Assembly: GCF_006345805.1 (NCBI RefSeq)
Contig: NC_043004.1
Coordinates: 42,842,001 to 42,906,000 of the forward strand
Length of the DNA: 64,000 bases
Origin: Octopus sinensis
Lineage: Eukaryota
Direction of reading: 5' to 3'
The translations under genes and the position numbers were made by a program. The notes beneath the pieces were generated by a model. The model did no database searches. It was given only the letters and a program-made list of their open reading frames with translations, and had not been told where the DNA came from. Shown here one piece after another: positions 40,263-54,574 of this stretch. Position 1 is the stretch's first letter. Each line of letters starts with the position of its first letter.

Positions 40263-40908
40263 GCATTATTTAATCATTCATAAGATAATTACATTTTCCA
40301 ATAATTTATCCACATCATTCAACGCGGTAGCTTTTGTCCAGTAAATTCTGCCACTATAAATTGCAAATATATACGATAAAATCACAGTTTACATACTAAA
40401 AATCATTGCATATTATACATTGTAATAATCACGATCTGTATGTCGTTTATCTTATGTGAAATAGTGAGAAGTTGCTTAAATGGAAAACAACATTTACAAC
40501 TTAAACGTAAAACACTTTCGAGTGATGTACTTAAAGCACTGAAAAAAAATATATTACTTTCTGCGAAGTTAAGAACAATCCTATATAGCTACCTGTCAAT
40601 CAGTCAATCTCTCTCTGCCTCTCCCTCTCTCTCTCTGTCTATCTCTCATACTCTCTACCCATTTAACTAAATATCTATCTATATATCCATAAAAATACAT
40701 ACATACCCTCACATACATACGCATATATATATATATATATATAAAATTAGTACATGGGTAAATATTTATTTCGTATATTCTTCACTTGTTTATTGCTTTG
40801 GTTTTGTTGAGTTTGATCTGAGAACATAAACTTTTTGTGGAGAAAGGCGATGTGACGTCTATATCTAGCATGTTAACTGTCCACTTTTCGTGTGCAGTCC
40901 TTAATTGG

Positions 40909-40990
<82 letters not shown>

Positions 40991-41309
40991 CATACATATA
41001 TATATGCATGCATATGTATATATATATAATGAAAAGTAGCTAGTCCTAATAACTCTAAACGACATATAAATACGGTAACACCCAGTAGTATATTTTGCCA
41101 CTATAATATGTTGGGGTCTGGGTCGGGTCAGAAGACTATGATCCACCGGTCTTGCAAAGCTAGAAGGAAGTGGTTCCCTCTCCATTTTACAATATATCAG
41201 ACCAGATGAAACAGATGTTTTCCTGGAGTTAAAATGTAATAACATAGTTATATATAGAACAGGTACGTTACAGTGACCAAAAAGTACTACTATATATATA
41301 TATATATAA

Positions 41310-41472
41310 CGAAGTGGAGTTGTAAGGTACCGCACGAGTGGAATTATATACGAAAGAAGGTTTGAAAATGCAATTTTAAAAGATGTTTATTTACTTTACC
41401 GTTTCCACTCTTTAGAAAACGATTGTCAAATGTAACATGCAAAAGTTTGGTTGTTGCTTGTCACAAATTGCT

Positions 41473-41533
<61 letters not shown>

Positions 41534-41826
41534 TCTTTGGTAACAAGGACATGTTAAGGACATAAAAATGTTTAACAAGTTCATGAAAATATTGGGCACA
41601 AACGATTCCAACATCAATATACATTCTCAAGAAAATGTTAAAGACAGTTTCCAGAAGGAATTATTCAAAAGTTCAGTGGAATATTGGTATCGTATCTGTA
41701 TATTCATTCACGCACAGAATATTGGCTGTCACAAAATACTATAATACATATATACATATATTCTTTGATAACAAGAACATGTTAACAACATAAAAAAGTT
41801 TAACAAGTTCATTAAAATATTGGGCA

Positions 41827-41881
<55 letters not shown>

Positions 41882-41970
41882 TATACATTCTCAAGGCAAA
41901 GTTAAAGATAGTTTCCAGAAGGAATTATTAAAAAGTTCTGTGGAATATTGGTATACACGCACAGAATATT
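41310..41970. mobile_element. Penelope pLTR-like element (related to 57770-58343) with internal tandem duplication
   Basis: GAAAGAAGGTTTGAAAATGCAATTTTAAA.GATGTTTATT shared with 57816; 41535-41725 is duplicated at 41764-41970. Confidence 0.65.
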
Positions 41971-42132
41971 ATGAGTTCAAAAAGGTTTACATTATGGTAG
42001 TAGGCAAGTTCAAACTGACCTGGTCCACGGTGTTATCGTAAAAGACTATTTACTATTTCAAGAGACCCTGTACGTGTGTTTGGGTAACACACCTGAATAT
42101 AGAGCAGTATTAACAAGGAGCGATGACTAAGG

Positions 42133-42333
42133 AATAAATTATTATTCCATGAACTTCATTAGCTTACATTTGTTTCTGCTGTATTATGCCAGGGACGTAA
42201 TTTTTTCCCAAATAAATTGCGCGTAATTTTCGAGACACCGATAAAGCTATGTGTTATCCAGGTACTCAACTATGAATCCACTGCTTCGTACAGTAGAAAC
42301 AGCTAATGAAGTTCATAGGATAATCATCTATTC
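42133..42333. mobile_element. MITE-like element with imperfect terminal inverted repeats
   Basis: ATGAACTTCATTAGCT (42149-42164) / AGCTAATGAAGTTCAT (42301-42316) perfect; inner 12-bp IR 42172-42183 / 42289-42300 with one mismatch. Confidence 0.5.
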
Positions 42334-43064
42334 ATTTGTCATGCTTCCTTTATATGCTTATTTATTAACTCCATGTGGATATATAACAACGAATAATAGT
42401 ATTTCACATTCCTGTAGCTAAATCATTCCCGAACAATTGTTTCCTAAAACATACCTCAGTATTTATCCTCGAATGCCATTTAATAAGATATACGATTCAT
42501 TTTCCATTTTCTACGCAAGTTGCCGTTCTTATGAATTTTATTTCATTAATAGAATTTTCACTTCTTTGTTCAATCAATATGATAATACTTGCTTTATTTC
42601 CAGTAGAAAAATGGGATCCGTTTGCATATTGTAATAAAATGAAATTAAGTATGTAATGAAATAACAATGCAAATTCATTTATTATGATTGTGAAAGAATA
42701 ATAATTATAAGGTATTCGTTTTCCATTATTCCACTATTGTTGTATCGATGATTTTTCCTCCATTTTTTTCGTTCCTTTATTCCTAATTCCCATCCTTTCT
42801 TTTTCGCACTTTTGTAGTTCCTTCGGCTTTGATATCTTTTATATGTTATTCATTTTCCTCTTTCCCTATACATGTTCCACTTTCTTGCAACCTTGCTTAT
42901 TTTCTTTACAATTTCTTTTCCGGGCATTTATTGTTTTGTATTCCTAGAAAACAAAATCTTTTCTCAGATAATGCCTTTATCAGACACAGCGAATGCATTT
43001 TTTCATTTCGAATTACAGATGACCATCGAAATGCAGAGAGCGAAGTTGTCGTAAGACGTCTTAC

Positions 43065-43099
43065 CCAGTATCACCATAAAGCACGAAGTAAGACGCCAC
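43065..43099 (-). CDS. Candidate micro-exon (35 nt)
   Basis: tttgttttaatgcag acceptor, TGG|gtaaga donor; VASYFVLYGDTG (phase 0 to 2). Confidence 0.25.
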
Positions 43100-45849
43100 C
43101 TGCATTAAAACAAACATCAAGCTGAATTTGGAAGCTTTATTACATATCTTCAGTTATGTCATGATCAGTGGATAACAATACGTCCCATTAACCTATTTTC
43201 AGCATTTTGTGTTACGTTGCACCAAGTCATTTTACCAGATACATGTGAATATATTTCTTAGCGAAGTTTATCCCAAATAATACAGTATCTTGTATCCTAT
43301 TCCCTGTTATCCGAAATTAGTGACAGTTCTTCTTGAAACACAACATCATCATAACTGGCACGTATGCAATAATAATTTACCGCATGTGCTCTTTCTAGAA
43401 AAGGAAGCAAACCGGAAAAATACATGTACAAATAAGGAATATTCGTGTATTAATAGCAATATATTCCATGGATAATTTATTCACTATCTGCGTACTTCAA
43501 CTTTGGACTATCGTAGTCACCGACACGAAACTACTATATTATTAATCTCTGCAGACCAATCAACCATTCGGGCTTTTATTCAGATCTGCTGTAACAGATA
43601 TACCCTGTTTTTTACATTTGATCACAAAGTATATGTCCGTTTCCACACGCATTTAGGATGTATCATTTTTCGTACATTCCACACACACATACACGCAGCA
43701 AAGAGGCACTCATGTACACACACACAGACACACACACATTCTTACTCTTACACACAGGTTTTCTTTGTAAATAAGAAAACCTCATTTTTAGATACATCAG
43801 TCTATTCATTAAATTTGTTTTTCCTTATATATATCGAAGTGTGAAGTAGCTGATTTAACGCCGAACAGTTTGCTGTTCCAACCGTTTGAGCCAATCTACA
43901 CAGCTACCGGTATCCCTGACGTATACAACAGCGAAGTACATAAAATTAATGTTCATCACAACTGTCTCTCTTCAACAGAAATTATATTCACCTACGATTT
44001 TTAGGCAACGGCGAAAGTAAACAGTGAATGTGATCTGTGATATATTTCGGTATACATCTTTCAGAGAAGCAAAGCTCATGGATAGCCTTAGCAATATGTT
44101 TTACACAAATATATTTCTATAGAACTCATGTATATATGTGTATATATATATGTATATATGTATGTAAGTATGTATAAAAATACACATTGGGACAAGAACG
44201 CAAAACATTTAGGAAACGATACGATACAAAAACCACGGACGGGTCATTCGAAGCCTTCAATATTCAGTCAAGAACCGGATCATCCTCGCAATTTCGGCTT
44301 CTTAATATATATATATATATATATTAGAACCTCATTCTTATATATGGTGTTTAACTACATTTGAAACACGATGTGACTCGAAACTAAATGTTATGATATT
44401 GATGATTGTGTAATGTCAGTTTTGTAGTCATACTCATGAGTAACTGTAAAGAATTATCTCTCGACGGATCATTTATTATCCCTCAACGGAACAGACACTC
44501 ATATGTTGCTCAATTTCTATTATTAAACTCTAGTTTCATGAGCTTGTTTTTTATGCCTTCTTACGTTCCATTCCTCATATCCATCACTCACTTTCTCCCT
44601 TTCTTTTTCTTATTTCCTTCGTTTTTCCTCTTTGTTTTACATATTGCTCGATCTTTATCTCTCTATATACATTTTTTGCTGTCTTTCTCTTTTCCTGTAC
44701 CATTCTATTTTCTAAGTACTTAGTGTCCTGTATTTATAGAAATTTCTTAAAATCTCTTTAGCAGACAAAATACCAGCTGTTTTGCTATTCGAGGTGATTG
44801 CGAATAAAACAAATGGATTTTGTATACTTAAGTGACAAAAATATGTTTTTATTTAAGACGAGAAATTGTGAGAAAGAGACTGTGTGAACGTCTATATGTG
44901 TGAATCTTTGGGTGAATGTAACTACATGCTGAAACGTGGTATATGCTGACAAGATAGAATGTGATGAACGAAAGATGAAGCATCTTGAATACATATAGAA
45001 ACAGAAGTAAGCCTTGAGATCAAAATGAAAATTCAAACTATAACGTTTGCAGCATATATGGAATATATATATGCCGAATGCGGAAAATTGTGATTCAGAG
45101 TATGATTATATAGACGTTTCGTATGTGTGAAGTGAATACATTTTATTAAACCATGGCGCACCACACCTATCACACCATCTGCGAAAAAAGAAAATGTAAG
45201 CGAAATACCCAGATTCAGGTTATTTTTACATTGTGTCTCACTTCAGCAGAAAATTATCTTCACTGACATGTGAATGCTCCTATGTCTTCATGTCACAACC
45301 TTGAACTTTGTGGAACTGTAGCTGAGTTTACTCTGCTGCAAGCATTCTATTCAGATATCCAGTATCAAGATGCCTTTTGCACAACATCCCGTCAGTCTTG
45401 GATATCTCGTAAACGATCACGGTCTAGACATTCTCTTCTGAATAAAAACACTATCAGAAAGAAAAAATGAAATAAAAGCGAAAACATTCCTAATGTACTG
45501 TAAACATCTTCAAATATGATAGAGCTCAAAGAAAGTTCTTTCTTTTAACAACAAATTTAAGTACGAAACGGGGTCAATACATGCTTATTAAAATCTCTAT
45601 TACTAAGATATTCCCAACTTTCCCACATTGTCTCAATTGTATAGCAAAACAATTTCTTTATATATTCTATTAAATATAACCTCAAACATTGATATATAAT
45701 GTTTATTTCAGAACTGTGAAAATAGCTGGTTATTGATTTTTACGAATATATGAAATACAATTTTTTTCGCATAATTGGTCTAGCTACATAAATATAGATA
45801 TTTTAATGAAACAAAGTACACTATCTAAACAGATAAAAAATACAGGAAA

Positions 45850-46020
45850 CAGTCCATTCTAATTTTGGTACAAACCCAGCAGTTTTGAGGCGAGGGACAA
45901 GTCAATTACATGACCCTTTTACTTGACAATACTTTATTGACTCCGAACGGATGAGGGACACAGTCAAACTCGATGATGAACTACCAGAAGAAATGCCGCT
46001 AAGCTTACTAACGACTCTGA
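45850..46020 (-). mobile_element. Decayed family S2 SINE
   Basis: AAGTCAATTACATGACCC..GAACGGATGAGGGACACAGTCAAACTCG..AAATGCCGCTAAGC. Confidence 0.6.
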
Positions 46021-46736
46021 TGTAAAATTTATAGTACATAGGCATTCACAAGATTTCAACTTCGTGTCAAGCAATCCCTTCTGTTATTTTTGTATGTAAC
46101 GTACAAACTAAATAACATAGGCATTTAACATATCCTAAACCGTTCAATTCAATAGCGGTTGTTAGTCATTTTATATCCAAGGCAGATTTGGTCTAAAATT
46201 TTTATTTTAGTGAATTCGTAAGGTTTAGAGTCAGAATATGCCTTCGTATGATTTGAATGTAGAACGTGAATATCCGTAGCATATACCGCAAGGCATGTTT
46301 CTCCTATGCACTAACGACTGTGACAAATTTGTAAACAACGCCGTATATATTACTGGAAATTCATAACAGATAAATAGATCCTGAACGAAAATGTGCTTCT
46401 AGAAATCATTTGCATTCAACTGTTCCTAACTATTGATTATACTTTAAACAACTATATATCTAAACGAGATCTAATTTCATTGTTGAAATAATGTCTCCAG
46501 TTACAACCCAAAGGCAATAAAGACAAGCCCGTTTCAATCTACGTAGATTGCCAATTGTCAGAATGCATGCACTGAGCTCTGTATATTTTTAGGTAAACTT
46601 TAATTTTGTGATCATTGTATTGTTTAGTTTCAGGGGAAATTTGGACATGTTCATCGATTTATTTATCTTCGGAGTTAGCTGGCTATTTCTCTATGATTTC
46701 CCACAAGCCGGGGCAAATGTCTTTCATATACGTGTA

Positions 46737-46787
<51 letters not shown>

Positions 46788-46832
46788 GCACACACATACA
46801 TTTATGCATACATACGTACATATATGAATATA

Positions 46833-46873
<41 letters not shown>

Positions 46874-46908
46874 ATATGTATATATATATATATTTATGTG
46901 TGTGTGTG

Positions 46909-46949
<41 letters not shown>

Positions 46950-47307
46950 CGCATGCCTAAATACGCAAGTACAGAAACACACTCATGAACACATGCACAT
47001 ATATTCTTTAGGCTAGTAGTAAACGCATAAACTACTAGGAGCGTCTTCAGCTAATTACAGGTAATCATTCGTAATTATATGAGAATTTTCTTCCTTTGTA
47101 ATCTTTAGGGCGTCCATTTGGCATTTCTTTTCTTTGAAATGAACCAAATATATTTAGAGTATAGCGATTACATAAGTATATCTTGAATTACACATATCAG
47201 CAAATATATCATGCTACTGTATGTACAAACGTGCGTATGCATTTCTTTCTACGAAACCAAATAATATAGTGAATATAAGCTTAAAGGTCGAGTTAATGCG
47301 GTACGTT

Positions 47308-47612
47308 TGTGCTTTCCACCCCATATAGCCTGGGTTTCAGAGGTCCACAGCTCTTCAATATCCTCCCGAAGGACCTGAGAGACCTGCATGGGGTGGATGC
47401 AGATGTCTTTAAAATAAAACTGGATCTCTTCCTGTCAGGTGTCCCAGATGAACCAACTTCACGGCAAGATGTGCAGATGAGGGCAGCTGTATGGAACTCT
47501 CTCATGTACCAAATGACAATTGCTAAAAAGCATTCGTGAAGTAAAATCATGTAGCAACGCCGGATGGCGGTGCCCCAGCATGGGCACAGCTCGTGAGCTG
47601 AAACTAGATAAA
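47308..47612 (+). mobile_element. CR1/L2-group LINE 3' end
   Basis: SLGFRGPQLFNILPKDLRDLHGVDADVFKIKLDLFLSGVPDEPT..RAAVWNSLMYQ; 3' UTR GGCGGTGCCCCAGCATGG. Confidence 0.8.
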
Positions 47613-47617
47613 TATAA

Positions 47618-47659
<42 letters not shown>

Positions 47660-48686
47660 TATATATATGTACTTTATTTAAAAGCAGCAGAAATATAACA
47701 AAAGCTGTTACTCAGAGTTTCACGTTCCTGTTAACATAGAACAGAAATAACGATATGATGAAAACTAGTTAAACGATACACTTTTAAAAATGGATTTGTC
47801 TCAGTGGCCCTTTCAATTAACGGTCTTAAACATGCAATGAACAAAATAGACAAAATAAATGAATTCAATGTAAATTGATACTATTATAAAAATCGAGGAA
47901 AAACCTTAAATCGAAGAGCCGATTCAAAATACGTATTGCAAATAATTATACACGAAATATAATTCGATTAATACAAATAATACATTAAAAATTAAAATTC
48001 CCACGCTGCATTACTTAAATATTTTACAACAGTATATACGCATACTAAACCATCAATATATATATATACACCAAAATACACAGATGGTTATACACAGACT
48101 ACATATATATGCTGATATATATATATATGTAAGACGTAAATATACACACAAATACACATATTCATATGTATGCATATATACGCAATGATGCTCGCATGCA
48201 AAAATCACTTGATGTATACTTATATACCAGAAGTAAATTTTAAAACGACGAGAGGGGTAAGGAAGGAGAGAAAGAAAGCTCTTATATGTGACAGTTACTG
48301 AGAGAAAATTGTGAGTGAGAGAAGAAGTGAGGCGCGCAAAGTTAAAGGACTCTATACAAGAAACGAATAAGGGGAGAAGAAATACTTTCTGTAATGAAGG
48401 GAAAGAAGGATAGGAGGCTGAATATGTGTAACGAACGTACACAAAATAAAATTCCGTATACATGTGTATACAAAAGTGTATGTTAGCAATAAATACATAT
48501 ATGAGAACACACACACACACACACACACCCATATATATATATATAACTAATGTAGGATGACATTTTTTTCCGACAAAAAACTTTATCAATGGGCAGAATA
48601 TCAAAAAATACATTTAAAGGTTAAATTTATAAATAACTTATAAAATAAGGTCATTAGAATTTTTCTTTTGCCCTTATTTTATAAGT

Positions 48687-48727
<41 letters not shown>

Positions 48728-49017
48728 CTTATAAAATAAGGGCAAAAGAAAAATTATTTATATATATATGGAAATAAGTACGTAAATAAACATCCACAAA
48801 AATGCAAGTGAATACATGCATACATATACATCCATGTATGTATGTGCACAAGTATAAACATACTTAAAAAAATTGACGAGTGCATAATAATAAAATTCGG
48901 ATGAAAGACATGCAAAATAGAACACGCTATATCGAATTATCTATAAATTAAACGATTAAAATGGGTTTATAAAATACAATAAAATGAAATAAAAGTAGAA
49001 TCTTAAACAAGAAAGTA

Positions 49018-49892
49018 AGTGGAGATTTCAGCCTTAAAGATGAAGATCGCACAGGACGTTCAGTTGAGTTTGATGGTAAGCTCTTTCTGGCATTACTTGA
49101 AAACATCCTACATCATCAGTCGAAAAATTAGCATTAAAGCTTAGTTCAAACCATACAACTGTTCATCGTCATCTTCATAAACATGGAAAGGTTCCTAAAT
49201 TCGGACAATGGGTGCCTCATTAATTGTCCGAAAGCAACAGCAAATCCCGAATTAACATCTGCTCTTCTCTCCATTCTCACCAATTCATTTCACCTTTTTT
49301 GCATAGACTTGTGACTGGTGACGAAAAATGGATCTTCTATCGAAATGTTAAACGTCGTAAACAGTGGCTGGGTAAAAGCTCAATCACAACCGAGACGGGG
49401 GCTTCATGGAAAACAGTTCTTTTCTCTATCTGGTGGGATTGCAAAGGAGTAAATCACTTTGAATTGTTACCAATCGTTGAAGAAAAAAACCCACTTTAGT
49501 GAATCGAAAAGGAGTGATGATTCATCCGGACAATGCACGATCCCACACTGCAATATCACATCACAGAATATCGAAAATCTTGATGGGGAATAATTCCACA
49601 TCCATTTTATTCTCCCAACCTTGCTCCTTCAGACTACCATTTGTTTCATAGTTTACAGAATGATTTAGGGGTCATAACTTTCTCAAGCCAGGAGGAGGTC
49701 GAAACATTTCAGAGTTCTTCGCTTTGAAGCCAAAAGAGTTTCACATTGATGGATTAAAAACCTTGTAAATAAATGGAAGGAAATCATAGATAATCAGGGA
49801 AAGCACATTGATGATTAAATTTCGATTAAATATAACATTTGTTCACTTGTTCTCTATATTCAAAATTCGGACGTAACCTATGGGATGACCTG

Positions 49893-49895
<3 letters not shown>
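49018..49895 (+). mobile_element. DD34D mariner transposase pseudogene with 3' TIR
   Basis: SGDFSLKDEDRTGR..GQWVPH..FLHRLVTGDEKWIFYRNVKRRKQW..SIWWDCKGV..HPDNARSH..HPFYSPNLAPSDYHLFHSLQN; terminus CCTATGGGATGACCTGA|TA. Confidence 0.9.
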
Positions 49896-49941
<46 letters not shown>

Positions 49942-50077
49942 TCTATGTGTTGTGATATATATCTCTCTATGTGTATATATATATATATATTATATATATA
50001 TATATATATTTATATGTATATATATGTATATATATCTATGTATTTATATATATATATATATACTTAGTTTATATATG

Positions 50078-50119
<42 letters not shown>

Positions 50120-52684
50120 TATATACTCATAACATATATACATTTATATATAAATATATATACGCATATCTATCTATCTATCTATCTATCTATCGATATA
50201 TGTGTGTCTATGTGTGTGTGTGTGTTTGTGTATTTGTATACAAATACATACATATATGTATACATACACATATATTTATATATACATATCACTCAAATAT
50301 ACTGGTACTTTTATGTCGTGTATATGCGTATATTTAATCAACTTTCAATTTCAGATAATTAGATTTTAGAAGTTTTATTAAAACATATTATTCAATCACA
50401 TCCAATTGATACCGTCTCCTATACCAATTATTATATATTTGTTCTTATTGAAACGCCAAAACTGTCTCCTTTATATAATATTTTGTGTGATATATTTTAT
50501 ATTTCTTTTATAATAAATGTCTGGCTTTTGTAGTTTCACTACTTACTTCCCCAAAAGTGTATTATTATATAAGTCGTGATACAATATCCACATTCCTTTA
50601 ACAAATGTTGCACTGATACATGTGGGTGTCACTGCTTCTCTCTGTCCTTTCCCCAGCTCCCATCCTACCTCCCTAACTGCTTTCCAGTCTACCTATCTTA
50701 CTTCTCATCTGTATATCTATCTATCCATCTAGGTATCTATCTATCTCTGTCTCTGTCTGTTGATCACTGGGGTCAATGTAATCGACTTATTCTTTCCTAA
50801 AAATTACTGGCCATGTGCCAAAATGCGGAACCATTATTGTTATTATTACTAAATCGGAAAGCTTCAGCGTCCTCGATTTCTTTTCTTGAATTTAAAAAGC
50901 GATTGACTACGGAAAAAAGGAGGGCGAACCTCGGTTAACGGAGGTATTTGACAGACCGGAGACGTCTTGAAATAATGTTAAAGACGAGATTCTCCTAAAG
51001 CAACAACAATCAGATATTCATGCCATACAAAATAGGTTACTGTAAACATGTAGGAGCCGTGCATATTTTGTCTACTCCATTTACATAGTAAATGAATGAT
51101 GGCCGAGCATTGTGACTCTCAGTCTAATATAACGCGAAATACTGCTATTGCAAAAGTGAAAATTGTTACCAAGTGACTATTCTGAATCGAATCTTGATGC
51201 CTGCAGTCTCTGATTTTCCATAGTCATTAACAACATTCACTTCAAACTTATGACAAGTGGTACGCGCGCTTGACATAACCATTATCTCTTTTTAATTCAA
51301 TTCATTTGATGACCGACATTTATTTATATTTCAATAGTATTTGAAATAAACGAATATTTCATTATACGTATTCACAATATTAGAGTTAATTACATTAAGC
51401 AGAATATTAAAAAAAAAATCAAAAACAAAAACAATACACATTCAATTACGTTGACGCTAACTCACTAAATGATTCTTATATTAAAGTCTGAAAGAAAGAT
51501 TGAGAGAAGTTCGTCAATTCGATTTGCCGTATAAACAGATATTTAAGTATTTGTATACACTGGCAATTGTATTTGTTGACAATAGCTTAAATTTAGACGA
51601 AATAGTCAGCAAAGTTTACTCCATTCACTTATGTACAAATTCCTGTATATTATACGATGATACCGATATAAATAAGTCAGCGACTATTCGACATCACCAT
51701 TGTAGGATAATGATTGTAAAAATATAATAATATTCGTGTTAATCAGCTGATATATATATATATATATATGAGTGTGTGTGTCCATGTGTGTATGTGAGAG
51801 AGAGAAAGAAAGACAGTCCGAGTTATATCTGTCCATATATATCTATATTATGTATTACACACACAGTCTCATATACACACAGATATATATTTGTATGTAT
51901 ATGTATGCATATTTAAAATAAACGATAGATAACAAGGAAAAATATAAGTCCACTTATTGTCATTTCATATGAAACTGCAATAATATCAAACGCTAACAGA
52001 AGAGGGAGGCGGAATAAATAAGTTCTTCTAAATTACATTCACAAACTTAGAAAGCCATTTCTACATGAAATTTATATAATTCAGAATAAAGGAAGGAATT
52101 ACCGGCCTAATGAATCTAAACAATGATACGTTTTGAGACGACAGCATTCACGACTACGGTCACAATTGCCAGGGGAATTCACATAAATATTATATCTTTC
52201 AGATATGTATTTATGCAAGATTCTTCAAATATTTGGACGTTTATCTTGCAAATAATGAATTTGTGTCAAATCGAGATTTACAACTTGTATTAAATAGTAA
52301 TATCGTACACAAAGACTATATTTAACGTTAAACCGCTTCTGAACATGCATATATGCATATTTATATACATATTAACACACATTTGTGTGTATATGTGCCC
52401 GTATGTTTGTGTATCTGTATGCTTGTGTTTGTGCATCAAGTCGTGTGTGCAGTATCAAGTAATAATATTTTCTGTATTCTTCAAATAGCATTGTAAGACA
52501 CGCATTCGTGTGAACCGACGTTTGCTTTATTAGAAAAACTATAATAAAACACCTTAATTGCAATGTGGTTTCATTAAGAAACAGTATCTCGTTAATATCG
52601 TTAAATCTATTCACCAGTTCTATTGACACTACTCATAACCGTCACTATATAACGGGTTAGGTAAAAGAAACTGAAATATCTCAC

Positions 52685-52749
52685 CTGAGCAGCGAGCTTA
52701 CATTTAAAGAACCCGTTCTTAAAATCAAACGAAGAATAAAAGACTATAT
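52685..52749 (-). CDS. Candidate internal exon (65 nt)
   Basis: ttttttatttccttccttgcag acceptor, CAG|gtgaga donor; single open frame IVFYSSFDFKNGFFKCKLAAQ (phase 1 to 0). Confidence 0.35.
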
Positions 52750-53319
52750 CTGCAAGGAAGGAAATAAAAAAATGAGACAAAAAATCACAATGAATCGCAT
52801 ATTTGATTATATTTCCCGTAAACCAGCATAATCCCACCATTAACATCCTGCGTGAATATACAATACATGTCTAAGAACGTTTTATCTTGCGTGTCATGAC
52901 TACAGTCAAGGACGATCATGTACATCCATTTTTTCTGTCCCCCAAACCAAAAAAACTTATTAGGAGAGTCTCATCAGCAGGCAGCTAAATGTATCTTCCC
53001 TCTGTTTCAGTGGATTTTCTTTCCTTTCAATTTTTCAGTTTTTTTTAGTGTATGTTGAAGGTTTTCACTTCCTAGTGTTCAAGGAACGTAGCCCCTTACT
53101 ATAAAAATTTCTAGACGTATTCCTCTAAGGCCTTCATCCTTTGTCTTTGTTCGTTCTTGCTGAAATACCTGAGACACAACCATCTAAGAGACTATTTTAC
53201 AGCGAGCTGGCCGAAGGCAAGGTGAACGAAAACTCCCAAGAAGGATACACTCAAAGTCTCTCTGAAGACATTTGAATTCAACTCCGACGTCTGGAAAATG
53301 CAAGCATAAGACCGCCCTG

Positions 53320-53640
53320 CTTGGTGGTCGACCTCGGTGGAATTTGAACTCAGAACGTAAAGGCAGACGAAATGCCGCTAAGCATTTCGCCCGGCGTGCT
53401 AGCGTTTCTTATTTCTTTATTGCCATATGGAGCTAAACATAGAGGGGATAAAGAAAGACAGTCAGAGGAATTAAGTCGATTAAATCGACTTCAGTGTGTA
53501 ACTGTTACTTACTTTAACGATCCCGAAGGATGAAAGGCAAAGTCGACCTCGGCGGAATTTGAACTCAGAACATAACAGCAGACGTAATACCGCTAAGAAT
53601 TTAGCCTGGTGTGCTAGCGTTTCTGCCAGCTCGCCGCTTT
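53320..53640 (-). mobile_element. Family S2 SINE (53406-53640) preceded by a partial second head (53320-53405)
   Basis: Two copies of GTCGACCTCGG.GGAATTTGAACTCAGAAC..CCGCTAAG..GTGCTAGCGTTTCT. Confidence 0.85.
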
Positions 53641-54123
53641 TCTACGACAGTAAGAACCACAACTATATACATGTACGTTTATGCACACGCACACATATGT
53701 ATAAATACGTATGTAAGAATACAACAATATAAATACACGGACGCAAATACATGCACGCATACACACACACACACATGCACTCAAGCACACATACGCACGC
53801 ACACACAAGCACACACATACACATACACACACACACAAAGTAGAGGCTGACATGTCTTCATCATTTTGGCAAATACATCTGCGTTAGGTTTCTAAGTCAC
53901 TTTTCCGTGTAAAAGTAGATAAATATGTAATCTCTATATATTTAAATGTAATAATGTAGCGAGCAAATAGAATCGTAGCAGCATTTTGATCCTCCTAACG
54001 TTCTGACTTCGGCTGTGCCTTTCATACTTCCGTGGTCGATAAAACAAGCAGAACTTGAACACATGGGTCGATGGAAATTAATATATTTATAAATAATTTC
54101 ATATGAAATCATTCATATATTAT

Positions 54124-54288
54124 AGGCGCAGGAGTGGCTATGTGGTAAGTAGCTTGTTTACGAATCACATAGTTCCCGGTTAAGTCCCACTGCTTGGCAC
54201 CATGGACAAGTGTCTTCTACTATAGCCTCGGGCCAACCAAAGTGAGTGGATTTGGTAGACGGAAACTGAAAGGAGTCCGTCGTATATA

Positions 54289-54339
<51 letters not shown>

Positions 54340-54574
54340 ATGTGTATATGTTTGTGTGTCTATGTTTGTGTGTGTATGTTTGTCCCTCCAACATCGCCTG
54401 ACAGCCGATGCTCGTGTGTTTACGTCTCCGTAACTTAGCGGTTCGGCAAAAGAGACCGATAGAATAAGTACTAGGCTTACAAAGAATAAGTCCTGGGATC
54501 GATTTGCTCGACTAGTAGGTGGTGCTCCAGCATGGCCACAGTCAAATGACTGAAACAAGTACAAGAGAGTAAAA
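54124..54574 (+). mobile_element. Full-length family S1 SINE with internal (TA)n(TG)n
   Basis: AGGCGCAGGAGTGGCTATGTGGTAAG head through GTCAAATGACTGAAACAAGT tail. Confidence 0.9.

Noticed and set aside
44228-44310. (TA)n-flanked element with a possible minus-strand CTGAATA..GAA motif
   Set aside because: It is probably a pLTR-type repeat, but the core and GAAA box are too degenerate to call a ribozyme.
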